From an uncultured bacterium (GTDB lineage Bacteria > Edwardsbacteria > AC1 > EtOH8), in the NCBI GenBank assembly GCA_963780225.1, contig CAWAAX010000003.1:96001-160000 (forward strand): 64,000 bases of DNA, given 5' to 3'. Below the pieces are notes generated by a model. It had not been told where the DNA came from and did no database searches. It saw only the letters and a list, made by a program, of their open reading frames with translations. Positions 29,176-39,078 of this stretch are shown in pieces. Numbering within the stretch: position 1 is the stretch's first letter; each line of letters opens with the position of its first letter. Both the position numbers and the translations under genes were made by a program.

Positions 29176-30516
29176 ATGTCTGAACACTCCAAACATTTCG
29201 CCTCGGCCCTGGCCGAACCCAAGTTCGCCCTGTTTTCGGCCGGGCAGTTCATCTCCCAGTTCGGCGACTTCCTGGCCCAGATCGCCCTGATCGCGGCGGT
29301 GGGCGAGTTCACCACCCGGGCACCTTTGGCCTATTCCCAGATCCCGGTGGCCATCGCCCTGCCGGCCCTGCTGTTCGGGCCGTTCATCGGGGTGCTGATA
29401 GACCGCCGCTCCAAGCGTCACATGCTGATGCTGGCCGACGGGGCCCGGGCCCTTATCATCCTGGCCATACCGATACTGATCAAGCTGACAGGAACGGTGA
29501 TCGTGCTGTTTCCCCTGGTCTGCCTGAACTACCTGTTCGTGCTGTTCGCCAATTCGGCCCGGGTCTCCTACATCCCCTACCTGGTGCCGCCGGAGAAGAT
29601 CTTCGCCGCCAACGCGGTGATGGACTTCATCAACAAGCTGGCCGGGGTGCTGGGGTTCGTGGGCGGCGGTCTTTTAGTGGTGGGGCAGTTCTGGAAGCAT
29701 TTGCACATCGAACCCTGGGAGGCCGGGTTCTACCTGGACAGCCTGTCCTTCGCCGCCTCTTTGCTGACCCTGGCCCTGATCAAGTCCTATGAGAAATTAC
29801 CGGAGCGCACCAAGGAAGAAGGCTTTGGCCGGTTGTGGCAAAAGCGCTGGAAGAACATTCGAACCGACCTGGCCGAGCTGAAGCACGTCTATCAGGTGAA
29901 CCACAAGGTGCGCTTTGCCACCTTTTCCCTTTTGCTGGTCTCCATCTTCGGCGGCAGCCTGTATCCCCTGGTGATCGTGATCGCCCAGAAGGACCTGAAA
30001 GTGGGGGCCGGGACCAGCGGGGTCGGCTTCCTGGGCGGTCTGCTGGGCGGGGGGATGATGACCGGGGCCCTGCTGTCGGGCTTCCTGCTGCACCGGCTGT
30101 CCCGCCGCCATATCATCATCGGAGGTCTGTTCGGTTTAAGCCTGATGGTGATGCTGTTCGCCAAAAGCTCCAGCTACTGGCACCTGCTGGCCATTACCTT
30201 CATGGGGGGAGTGTTCCTGCAGCCGGTGATGACCGCCCAGAACACCCTGTTCCACGAGTCGGTGGACCGTTCCATCTGGGGGCGGATCTTCTCGGCCCGG
30301 GACATCATCCTGGACGCCGGTTTCGTGGCCAGCGCTTTGACTCTGGGATTCCTGGCCCAGCTGGTGCTGCCGGCCTTCGGCTCGGTCAACCAGGAACGGA
30401 CCGTTCTTTTCTGGAGCGGCGTTTCCCTGGCAGTTCTGACCCTGGCGGGTTTAAGGATCGTGCGCCGGCAGAAAAAGACCGAGCGCAGTAATCCCGAAGC
30501 TGGATCAGATGTCTGA
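29176..30516 (+). CDS. MFS transporter
   Basis: About 12 transmembrane segments, GVLIDRRSKR motif A. Confidence 0.88.
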   Translation: MSEHSKHFASALAEPKFALFSAGQFISQFGDFLAQIALIAAVGEFTTRAPLAYSQIPVAIALPALLFGPFIGVLIDRRSKRHMLMLADGARALIILAIPILIKLTGTVIVLFPLVCLNYLFVLFANSARVSYIPYLVPPEKIFAANAVMDFINKLAGVLGFVGGGLLVVGQFWKHLHIEPWEAGFYLDSLSFAASLLTLALIKSYEKLPERTKEEGFGRLWQKRWKNIRTDLAELKHVYQVNHKVRFATFSLLLVSIFGGSLYPLVIVIAQKDLKVGAGTSGVGFLGGLLGGGMMTGALLSGFLLHRLSRRHIIIGGLFGLSLMVMLFAKSSSYWHLLAITFMGGVFLQPVMTAQNTLFHESVDRSIWGRIFSARDIILDAGFVASALTLGFLAQLVLPAFGSVNQERTVLFWSGVSLAVLTLAGLRIVRRQKKTERSNPEAGSDV

Positions 30517-31405
30517 CATCAAATCAAATCTATCCCCCCGGCTGCTGGCCCAGATCAAGCGTCTTGACCTGAAGGCCCGGATGGTGGTGGAGGGTTTTCT
30601 GACCGGCCTGCACAAAAGCCCCTATCACGGGTTCTCGGTGGAGTTCGCCGAATACCGGCCCTACCTGCCGGGCGACGAAGTAAAAAGGATCGACTGGAAG
30701 GTGCTGGCCCGGAGCGACAAATATTTCGTCAAAGAATTCGAGGAGGAGACCAACCTTAAGGCCTATATTCTGCTTGACAGTTCGGCCTCCATGGGTTACC
30801 ATAGTCCAAATGTGGACAGCAAACTGGAGTACGGTTCCTACCTGGCCGCGGCCCTTTCATTTTTGCTGCTTTCCCAGAACGACGCGGCGGGCCTGGCCCT
30901 GTTCAACAGCCGGCTGCAGAGATACCTGCCGCCCCGCTCCCGGCGCAGCCACTGGCACTCCATTTTGCAGGAACTGAACCAGGCCAAACCCCAGGGCCGC
31001 ACCGGATACAAAAAGATCTTTCAGGAACTGGCCGGGCACCTGAAGCGCCGGGGCCTGCTGGTGCTGATCTCCGACCTGTGGGGCGACGATGACGAGATAA
31101 TCAATTCCCTGAAAAATCTCCGCCACCTTAAGCACGAGGTGCTGGTGTTCCACCTGTTGGACCCGGACGAAGCCTCTTTTCCCTTCAAATCCGAAGCGGT
31201 GTTTGCCGACATGGAGACCGGCCAGGAGCTGCAGATAAACCCGGCCGACATCAAACAAAAATATCTGGCAGCTTTAAAACAGAGAACAGATCATCTGGGA
31301 CGGGAATGCCGCCGCCATCTGATAGACTACCAGCCTATCGTGACCGACCAGCCTTTTGACCAGGCCCTGCTCAAATATCTGCATAAAAGACAAAAGCTGG
31401 GGTGA
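30509..31405 (+). CDS. DUF58 domain protein (MoxR-associated, vWA-like)
   Basis: EFAEYRPYLPGDE.KRIDWK, DSSASM, ISD. Confidence 0.9.
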   Translation: MSDIKSNLSPRLLAQIKRLDLKARMVVEGFLTGLHKSPYHGFSVEFAEYRPYLPGDEVKRIDWKVLARSDKYFVKEFEEETNLKAYILLDSSASMGYHSPNVDSKLEYGSYLAAALSFLLLSQNDAAGLALFNSRLQRYLPPRSRRSHWHSILQELNQAKPQGRTGYKKIFQELAGHLKRRGLLVLISDLWGDDDEIINSLKNLRHLKHEVLVFHLLDPDEASFPFKSEAVFADMETGQELQINPADIKQKYLAALKQRTDHLGRECRRHLIDYQPIVTDQPFDQALLKYLHKRQKLG

Positions 31406-31563
31406 CCCCCGGGGAAATATTTCAGGACACTGATTGATACTGAGGGACATAAAAATAAGAGATCTCAGGCCTATAGATACTGGGATATTTTGATGACATT
31501 ATTTGTTGGCTGAAGATCATCCAGGGTAAACAGAAAGCAGAAAAAATTATCGGGAGCAGCCAG

Positions 31564-31731
31564 ATGCCAAAACTGACCGAACGCAGAATTACCGAACGCC
31601 GCCGGGCCGATCGGCGGCAGGAACAACGGGCTGGATACGGACCGGAAAGCGGAAACGAGCGCCGGCAGAAGAACCGGCGGCAGCAGTCCAGGCGCAAATA
31701 CCACGAACAAAAATTGGAGAAACTACCATGA
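31564..31731 (+). CDS. 55-aa Arg-rich ERR/DRR-repeat protein (below ORF track cutoff)
   Basis: GGGAG RBS; MPKLTERRITERRRADRRQEQRAGYGPESGNERRQKNRRQQSRRKYHEQKLEKLP; ATGA overlap with the next gene. Confidence 0.65.
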   Translation: MPKLTERRITERRRADRRQEQRAGYGPESGNERRQKNRRQQSRRKYHEQKLEKLP

Positions 31732-32126
31732 AGGAAAGCAAGCTGGTAGTCCGTTATTTAACCGGCCGGGTGTCCAAAGGCAGGACCCTGGATTTTTCCT
31801 CGACCAAGGACAGCTTTCACATCCTGGCGGATGACGACCCCAAAAATCCGATTGAGATCAGACTGGGGCAAGTTAAAGCTGTATTCTTTGTCAAGGACTT
31901 CATCGGCAACCGGGAGTATGACGAACGCAAGGAATTCAACGGCAGCAGTCCGATGATCGGGAAAAAAATACAAGTCACTTTTAATGACGGAGAAGTCCTG
32001 ACTGGACGGGCCGAGATTTATATGCCTAACCGCAAGGGTTTTATGTTCTTTCCGGCCGACCCCAAATCGAATACCGAAAAAGTATTCGTGGTCAATAGTT
32101 CGGTGAAGGAAGTTAAATTTCTATAG
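31728..32126 (+). CDS. Conserved hypothetical protein with two internal Sm/Hfq-like repeats (DUF6982-like)
   Basis: Two similar halves: KLVVRYLTGRVSKG...VKAVFFV and KIQVTFNDGEVLTG...VKEVKFL. Confidence 0.65.
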   Translation: MKESKLVVRYLTGRVSKGRTLDFSSTKDSFHILADDDPKNPIEIRLGQVKAVFFVKDFIGNREYDERKEFNGSSPMIGKKIQVTFNDGEVLTGRAEIYMPNRKGFMFFPADPKSNTEKVFVVNSSVKEVKFL

Positions 32127-32256
32127 TGGAATTGCCCGGGGACACTACGAAGGTCAAGACGATACCGGTTATTTCCAGGGTTTTAAGGCGGCGTGATGCC
32201 GGGGGACATAGAGGGGATACGAAAGAATGATACAATCTAACGAGGTGATCATCCGA

Positions 32257-32736
32257 ATGAAAAAAGCGGGCCTTCTGTTTTTAACTGTTTTGGCCATAAC
32301 CGTTGCCGCCTGGGGTAGCCCCATTCAGCCGGGCCGGAATTTCGGGCTGGGGCTGGTGGCCGGAGATCCTACCGGGCTGTCCCTGAAATACTGGAAGGGG
32401 TCGACCAACGCCATCCAGGGGAGCCTGGCTTGGTCTTTTTTGAAGAACGGGTATCTTCGGGCCAATGCCGATTATCTATGGCATGACTATGATCTAATAA
32501 CCGTGGAAAAGGGATCCCTGCCACTATATTACGGTCCCGGCGTTACGCTGTGGGCCGGCCGGGTCAGGGATGATCATGGCGGAGCCAACATAGGTGTTAG
32601 GGGCGTTTGCGGGCTGGAGTATATCTTCAAGGGTGCTCCGTTCGATCTATTCCTGGAACTGGCTCCGACCCTGGACCTTGCGCCTGCCACCGGTCTTTGG
32701 CTACAGGGCGGTCTGGGAGCCAGATATTATTTCTGA
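32257..32736 (+). CDS. Small outer-membrane beta-barrel protein (DUF3996-like)
   Basis: Signal peptide, FGLGLVAGDPTGLSLK, C-terminal GARYYF. Confidence 0.7.
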   Translation: MKKAGLLFLTVLAITVAAWGSPIQPGRNFGLGLVAGDPTGLSLKYWKGSTNAIQGSLAWSFLKNGYLRANADYLWHDYDLITVEKGSLPLYYGPGVTLWAGRVRDDHGGANIGVRGVCGLEYIFKGAPFDLFLELAPTLDLAPATGLWLQGGLGARYYF

Positions 32737-32759
32737 AATTCAGGCTTAAAAGAAAACAT

Positions 32760-32791
32760 AAAGGGCTGGAAGCTTTGCTTCCAGCCCTTTT
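32760..32791. terminator. Bidirectional terminator
   Basis: aaagggctggaagc-ttt-gcttccagcccttt between convergent genes. Confidence 0.8.
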
Positions 32792-32810
32792 GCCGTGATG
32801 CCGTAATTCT

Positions 32811-33581
32811 CTATTTTAATACTTCGATCATTTCCCGGTGTATCTTCCCGTTTGTGGCCAGGCACTCCGGTACGTAGATGCTGAACTTCTGTCCCTTGAA
32901 ACCGCTCAGCTTTCCCCCGGCTTCGGTCACCATCAAAGAAGCGGCCGCCATGTCCCAGGTCTTCAGCTTCATCTCCCAGAACCCGTCGAACCGGCCGCAG
33001 GCCACGTAGGCCAGATCCAAAGCCGCCGAGCCGGGACGTCTAACCGCTTGGGCCCGCTTGATGAACCGTTTGAAGTTGTCCAGATTGTCCTGTTTGGAAT
33101 AGTGGACATCGTAGGGGAAGCCGGTGGCCAGCAGGCTTTTTTTCAAAGAAGTCTGGGAGGATACTTTTATCTTGTTTCCGTTCATCCAGGCGCCCAGGCC
33201 TTTCCGGACGGTGAACAATTCGTTCAGATTGGGATTGTATATGACGCCCAGCACGACTTGTCCCTTAAATTCAAAAGCGATGGACACGCACCAGAAGGGG
33301 AAGCGGTGGGCATAGTTAGTGGTGCCGTCCAGGGGGTCTATGATCCAACGCCGGTCCGATTGGGTGCGATCCCGGTTCGTTTCTTCGGTCATAATGTCAT
33401 CGCCGGGGAAATTCCGGCGAAGCATTTTAACTACCAGGGCCTCGGCCGCGCGGTCGGCCTGGGTCACCAGGTCTATCTCGCCCTTGTATTCCACCTTCAG
33501 GTCTCCCTGGGACATGGCCTTGAGCAAGCGCCCGGCCTTTTTTGCGGCCAGCACCGCGGTCTTGAATTCTTTGTCGAACAT
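32811..33581 (-). CDS. suhB: Inositol monophosphatase family SuhB
   Basis: WIIDPLDGTTNY, GSAALDL, WDMAA. Confidence 0.9.
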   Translation of the reverse strand: MFDKEFKTAVLAAKKAGRLLKAMSQGDLKVEYKGEIDLVTQADRAAEALVVKMLRRNFPGDDIMTEETNRDRTQSDRRWIIDPLDGTTNYAHRFPFWCVSIAFEFKGQVVLGVIYNPNLNELFTVRKGLGAWMNGNKIKVSSQTSLKKSLLATGFPYDVHYSKQDNLDNFKRFIKRAQAVRRPGSAALDLAYVACGRFDGFWEMKLKTWDMAAASLMVTEAGGKLSGFKGQKFSIYVPECLATNGKIHREMIEVLK

Positions 33582-33710
33582 CAAGCAGTATCTAATATTA
33601 TTAAAGGTGATTGTAAATATTGGGATTTTATTAGGAATCCATGAAAACAGGAAAACTATATACGGGAAATATTGATTCCTGGGATTCCTGCCTTCCTTAT
33701 AAATATTATT

Positions 33711-34391
33711 TCAAGGTATGTTCCATATCTTGTGCATCTGCCGGATAATGCTGACATTCAGCAGCAGCTCCCCGGCCAGGGCCTGGTATCTGCGGACCGT
33801 CTGCATTTCCGGGGCATTCGGCCCTTCGGCAGGCTGAAGGATAAAAACTATCTTCTGGTCAACAGCGGCAATCATGCGGGCGGCCTGTTCAACTTCTTCT
33901 ATCGTGGTTTTGTCACAGATCACCATCTTGACGAAAACCCTGTCCCTGGCGGTCTCCAGGAACTGTTGCTGTGCGTCCCAGATGTCTTTCCCGCAGGCTG
34001 AGGGAGGCTTGATGTCCATGGCCACCACGTCCATACCAGAGATTACGGTTGCCAGATCTTTAGGCAAGGTGCCGTTGGTCTCCAGGTACAGCCGGTGACC
34101 GTGCTTTTTCAATTCCGGGATCAGGGCCGCAATGAACTCTGTTTGCAACAATGGCTCGCCGCCGGTGAAGGAAACGAAATCGCCCGGAGCAGTCAAGCCG
34201 GTTATTTTAGCCACCGCTTCCAGGAGATCCATCTCAACCGCCTTGTTCCCGGCTTTGGCCAGCGGAGTGTCGCAATAGCTGCAGTCCAGGTTGCACCCGG
34301 CAAAGCGGACGAAGGTGGTGGGCTCGCCCAGGTACATGCCCTCGCCCTGCAGGGAGTGGAATATTTCGGTGATCCTGGCGTTCACGGTCAT
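33711..34391 (-). CDS. queE: 7-carboxy-7-deazaguanine synthase
   Basis: SLQGEG, CNLDCSYCDT radical-SAM motif, TGGEP, ETNG, QMHK. Confidence 0.92.
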   Translation of the reverse strand: MTVNARITEIFHSLQGEGMYLGEPTTFVRFAGCNLDCSYCDTPLAKAGNKAVEMDLLEAVAKITGLTAPGDFVSFTGGEPLLQTEFIAALIPELKKHGHRLYLETNGTLPKDLATVISGMDVVAMDIKPPSACGKDIWDAQQQFLETARDRVFVKMVICDKTTIEEVEQAARMIAAVDQKIVFILQPAEGPNAPEMQTVRRYQALAGELLLNVSIIRQMHKIWNIP

Positions 34392-35026
34392 TTATATATC
34401 TTATAATCTGAATTACTGCTCTCCACCCGGATCCTTCCCTTGCTGATCAGGGCGTTCCAGCCGGCCTGCATCCATGTATGGGTGGGTAACATGAACTCCT
34501 CAAACATGGCGAATTCTGTTTTTGCGGCAAACTCGTTCAACGGCCATTTTAACTTTGGCATGGTAACATCGATCTCTTTCAGGGACATATCCTGCGGGTC
34601 ATAGCTCACCGTGCCGGCCAGGTCGCCGCCTTTGGGTTTTATCGGCTTGAACTTTATGCTGAACTCGGTCTGTTTGACGGAGAACTCGTATTTTGGGTCA
34701 TTGAACTTGGGAAGCTTTAATTTTTCCTGACGTTTGTTCTTTTCCGGTTCTTTATACTGATCCTTGTCGGTGGTGCTTATTATGTGGAATTCCAGCAAGG
34801 AATCCCCTTTGTACTTGTGCCAGGAGATTACGGTGTCGGTCTTTTCGACCAATCCCTGTTTGTCCAGTTTGTGGACATAGCTGAGGGTGGTGAAGCTGTA
34901 GACCAGATTCTTCTTGATCTCTTTCTGCCGGTCCAATTGCTGTTGGACCTGGTTGAGCACGGAATCCTGGGCAACTGCTGATAGCTGAGAAATGGCTATT
35001 ATGAAAATAGTGAGTAAATAACGCAT
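34388..35026 (-). CDS. Hypothetical secreted protein
   Basis: Signal peptide; overlaps the queE start; lies between queC and queE. Confidence 0.65.
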   Translation of the reverse strand: MRYLLTIFIIAISQLSAVAQDSVLNQVQQQLDRQKEIKKNLVYSFTTLSYVHKLDKQGLVEKTDTVISWHKYKGDSLLEFHIISTTDKDQYKEPEKNKRQEKLKLPKFNDPKYEFSVKQTEFSIKFKPIKPKGGDLAGTVSYDPQDMSLKEIDVTMPKLKWPLNEFAAKTEFAMFEEFMLPTHTWMQAGWNALISKGRIRVESSNSDYKIYK

Positions 35027-35063
35027 AGCAGTCAATTTCAATGTTCTTATATCGTTGGGTCTA

Positions 35064-35753
35064 CTATATCGTTGGGTCTACTATTTCCGCTTCCTTGAAT
35101 CCCTTGGCCCGCAAAAGGCAGGAATCACAAGTCCCGCAGGGTTTCTTTCCCCCCCGGTAGCAGGACCAGGTCATCTGATGAGGCACTCCCAACCGAATTC
35201 CCAATTTTACGATCTGGGATTTGGATAGTTTTAACAACGGGGCAATGATCTTGATCGGTTTTCCCTGGCGCCCGGCCTTGGTTCCTAGCGTAAAGACTTT
35301 GGCCATGGCCGAAATGAAATCCGGTCGGCAGTCGGGATAGCCGGAGTAGTCCAGTGCGTTGGTCCCGATCATCACCGCTTCGGCGTCTATGGCCTCGGCG
35401 CAGGAAAGCCCATAGCTCAGGAACAGCGTGTTCCGGCCCGGCACGTAGGTGGAGGGGATATTGGATCCAATTTCTCCGGCATTCTTAGCGCTGGGAAGAG
35501 CGGAGGTCTTGTCCAGCAGGCTACTGCCCCGCCAGGGTAATTTTACCGGGATGACGTCATACGCCACCCCGGTCTTTTTGCATATTGCCTTGGCCGAAGC
35601 TATCTCCCGGCTGTGCCTTTGTCCGTAGTCAAAGATCAGGGCCCGGGACTGCCAGCCCTGGGCCAGGGCCCAGTAAAGCACGGTAGCCGAATCCAGCCCG
35701 CCGGAGAGCAGCACCACGGCCTTTTTAGAACGGGCCATAGGTGGCCTTGGCAT
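35064..35753 (-). CDS. queC: 7-cyano-7-deazaguanine synthase
   Basis: SGGLDS, YGQRH, VPGRN, YPDCRP, TWSCY, CGTCDSC; alternative start 35738. Confidence 0.95.
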   Translation of the reverse strand: MPRPPMARSKKAVVLLSGGLDSATVLYWALAQGWQSRALIFDYGQRHSREIASAKAICKKTGVAYDVIPVKLPWRGSSLLDKTSALPSAKNAGEIGSNIPSTYVPGRNTLFLSYGLSCAEAIDAEAVMIGTNALDYSGYPDCRPDFISAMAKVFTLGTKAGRQGKPIKIIAPLLKLSKSQIVKLGIRLGVPHQMTWSCYRGGKKPCGTCDSCLLRAKGFKEAEIVDPTI

Positions 35754-36096
35754 GTTCGGTCTCCCAAACCGAAACCTTGTTGATCTTGACCTTGGGCGAG
35801 TTGAACTTCAGGGCCATCTCCTCGAAGACCACCCTGGCGATGTTCTCGGCGGTGGGGTTGATCTTGTCGAAGGGTTTTACCTCGTTCAGGTCCTGGTGGT
35901 CAAAGCGGCCCAGCAGGTTTTCCAGCGCATCCTTGATGTCGCCGAAATCGGCCACCATCCCGGTCTTGTTAAGCTCCTTGGACTTAAGCTCCACTTCCAC
36001 CTGATAATTGTGGCCGTGGACCTTTTCACACTTCCCGGCATAGTCCCGTAAGTGGTGGGCGGCCGAGAAATTCTTGTAAACCGAAACAAAGTGCAT
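35725..36096 (-). CDS. queD: 6-carboxytetrahydropterin synthase
   Basis: FSAAH, CEKVHGHNY, DH..LN, PTAENIA, WET. Confidence 0.93.
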   Translation of the reverse strand: MHFVSVYKNFSAAHHLRDYAGKCEKVHGHNYQVEVELKSKELNKTGMVADFGDIKDALENLLGRFDHQDLNEVKPFDKINPTAENIARVVFEEMALKFNSPKVKINKVSVWETEHAKATYGPF

Positions 36097-36218
36097 GGTC
36101 TCTCCTTGAAAAAAACAATTGTAAAACTCAACCCCTTTCTCCCCTTCTCTTTGCTTCGACACGCTCAGCACGAGCCCAAGAGAAGGGGACGGGGGATGAG
36201 TTCAGAAAATCAAAAATA

Positions 36219-37865
<1,647 letters not shown>

Positions 37866-37928
37866 AATCTCTCTCTCCAATTAACATGGACAATGATCAA
37901 TGATCTGTCCGTTGTTAATTGCTAATGG

Positions 37929-38330
37929 TTAATTGTTTTGGTCTGGGTATTCGGCCGCCACGGTTATGGCGATGCCGCCCCGCACTCTAAAATTGCCCGT
38001 CACCAGCATTTGACGGGGCTGGACAGCCTTCACCAAGTCGTCCAGGATCTGGTTGACCACCGCCTCGTGGAATACGCCCTTATTGCGGTAGGTCCACAGG
38101 TAAAGCTTGAGCGATTTGGATTCCACCACCAGCCGGTCCGGGATGTAGCTGACGGTGATGGCGCCGAAGTCCGGCTGCCCGGTGATTGGGCAGAGGGAGG
38201 TGAATTCTTCGGTCTCCAGGATCACCCGGTAATCGCGCCCGCGGTTCTGGTTGGGGAAGGCTTCCAACTTTCCCGAGGGCTTGAGCACCTTGCGGCCCAA
38301 AAGGGTCAGGCCGAATTTGTTTTTGGGCAT
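37929..38330 (-). CDS. queF: preQ1 synthase (NADPH-dependent 7-cyano-7-deazaguanine reductase)
   Basis: EFTSLCPITGQPDF, ESKSLKLY, FHE, RGGI. Confidence 0.95.
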   Translation of the reverse strand: MPKNKFGLTLLGRKVLKPSGKLEAFPNQNRGRDYRVILETEEFTSLCPITGQPDFGAITVSYIPDRLVVESKSLKLYLWTYRNKGVFHEAVVNQILDDLVKAVQPRQMLVTGNFRVRGGIAITVAAEYPDQNN

Positions 38331-38441
38331 AGATAAAGACCTTTCATGGTTTTTCTGCTATCTGCCGTACTCACAGTTTATCTTTTACGTTTAACGTTAA
38401 TACGTAGTAACGTTATAACGATTTATTTTTGCTTTCTGTGG

Positions 38442-39005
38442 CTAATTATGATATTCACTTCGTAGTGTCCCGTAATAGGCAAGGTCCTCGAACTTGTCCC
38501 ACTTCTTTACGTGCTGGCGCAGGCAGCCTTCGTACTTCATTCCTATTTTCTGCATCACTTTTCCCGAGGCCGGGTTGCGGGCAAGATGAGTGGCGTAGAT
38601 CTTATTGAGCTTGGGTCCGGTGAACCCGTAATCCAGCAGGGCCCGGGCGGCCTCGGTGCAGAAGCCCCTGCCCCAATAAGGCACGGCCACCCAGTAACCC
38701 ATCTCGGCCCGGTGGTGATCCTTGCTGATGGTCAGGCCGATGGCCCCGATCAACTGTCCCGACTCTTTCAGGGTGATGGCCAGGGTCAGGCCCGAGCCCA
38801 GCTCCCAGGTCTTCTGGTGGGTGCCGATCCAGGATTCCGCCGCCCCGTCGGGATAGGGGTGGGGCATGTTCATGGTGGTGTCGGCGACCTCGAAGCGTCC
38901 GGCCAGTTTCTGGACCTCGGGGGCGTCAGCCAAAGTGAAGGGGCGGAGGATCAGGCGTTCAGTGGTTATGGTTGGTATAATGGTCATGGTTTGTTTAATT
39001 GACAT
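38442..39005 (-). CDS. GNAT N-acetyltransferase (RimJ/RimL-like)
   Basis: TERLILR, AEMGYW, WGRGFCTEA, NPASGKVMQKIGM. Confidence 0.88.
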   Translation of the reverse strand: MSIKQTMTIIPTITTERLILRPFTLADAPEVQKLAGRFEVADTTMNMPHPYPDGAAESWIGTHQKTWELGSGLTLAITLKESGQLIGAIGLTISKDHHRAEMGYWVAVPYWGRGFCTEAARALLDYGFTGPKLNKIYATHLARNPASGKVMQKIGMKYEGCLRQHVKKWDKFEDLAYYGTLRSEYHN

Positions 39006-39012
39006 CTTTTGG

Positions 39013-39037
39013 TTTTACTGCTTTCAACGAGAACATC
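39013..39037 (-). repeat. 25-bp direct repeat, relic 3' end of the methyltransferase gene
   Basis: ttttactgctttcaacgagaacatc identical to 43725-43749. Confidence 0.95.
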
Positions 39038-39078
39038 TATAGGACAGTTTTACATCGCCGGTAGGTAATAAGTATCTA

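Noticed and set aside
38331..38441. preQ1 riboswitch upstream of queF (also checked upstream of queD)
   Set aside because: I could not find the preQ1-I stem and A-rich tail pattern by eye; an Infernal search would be decisive.
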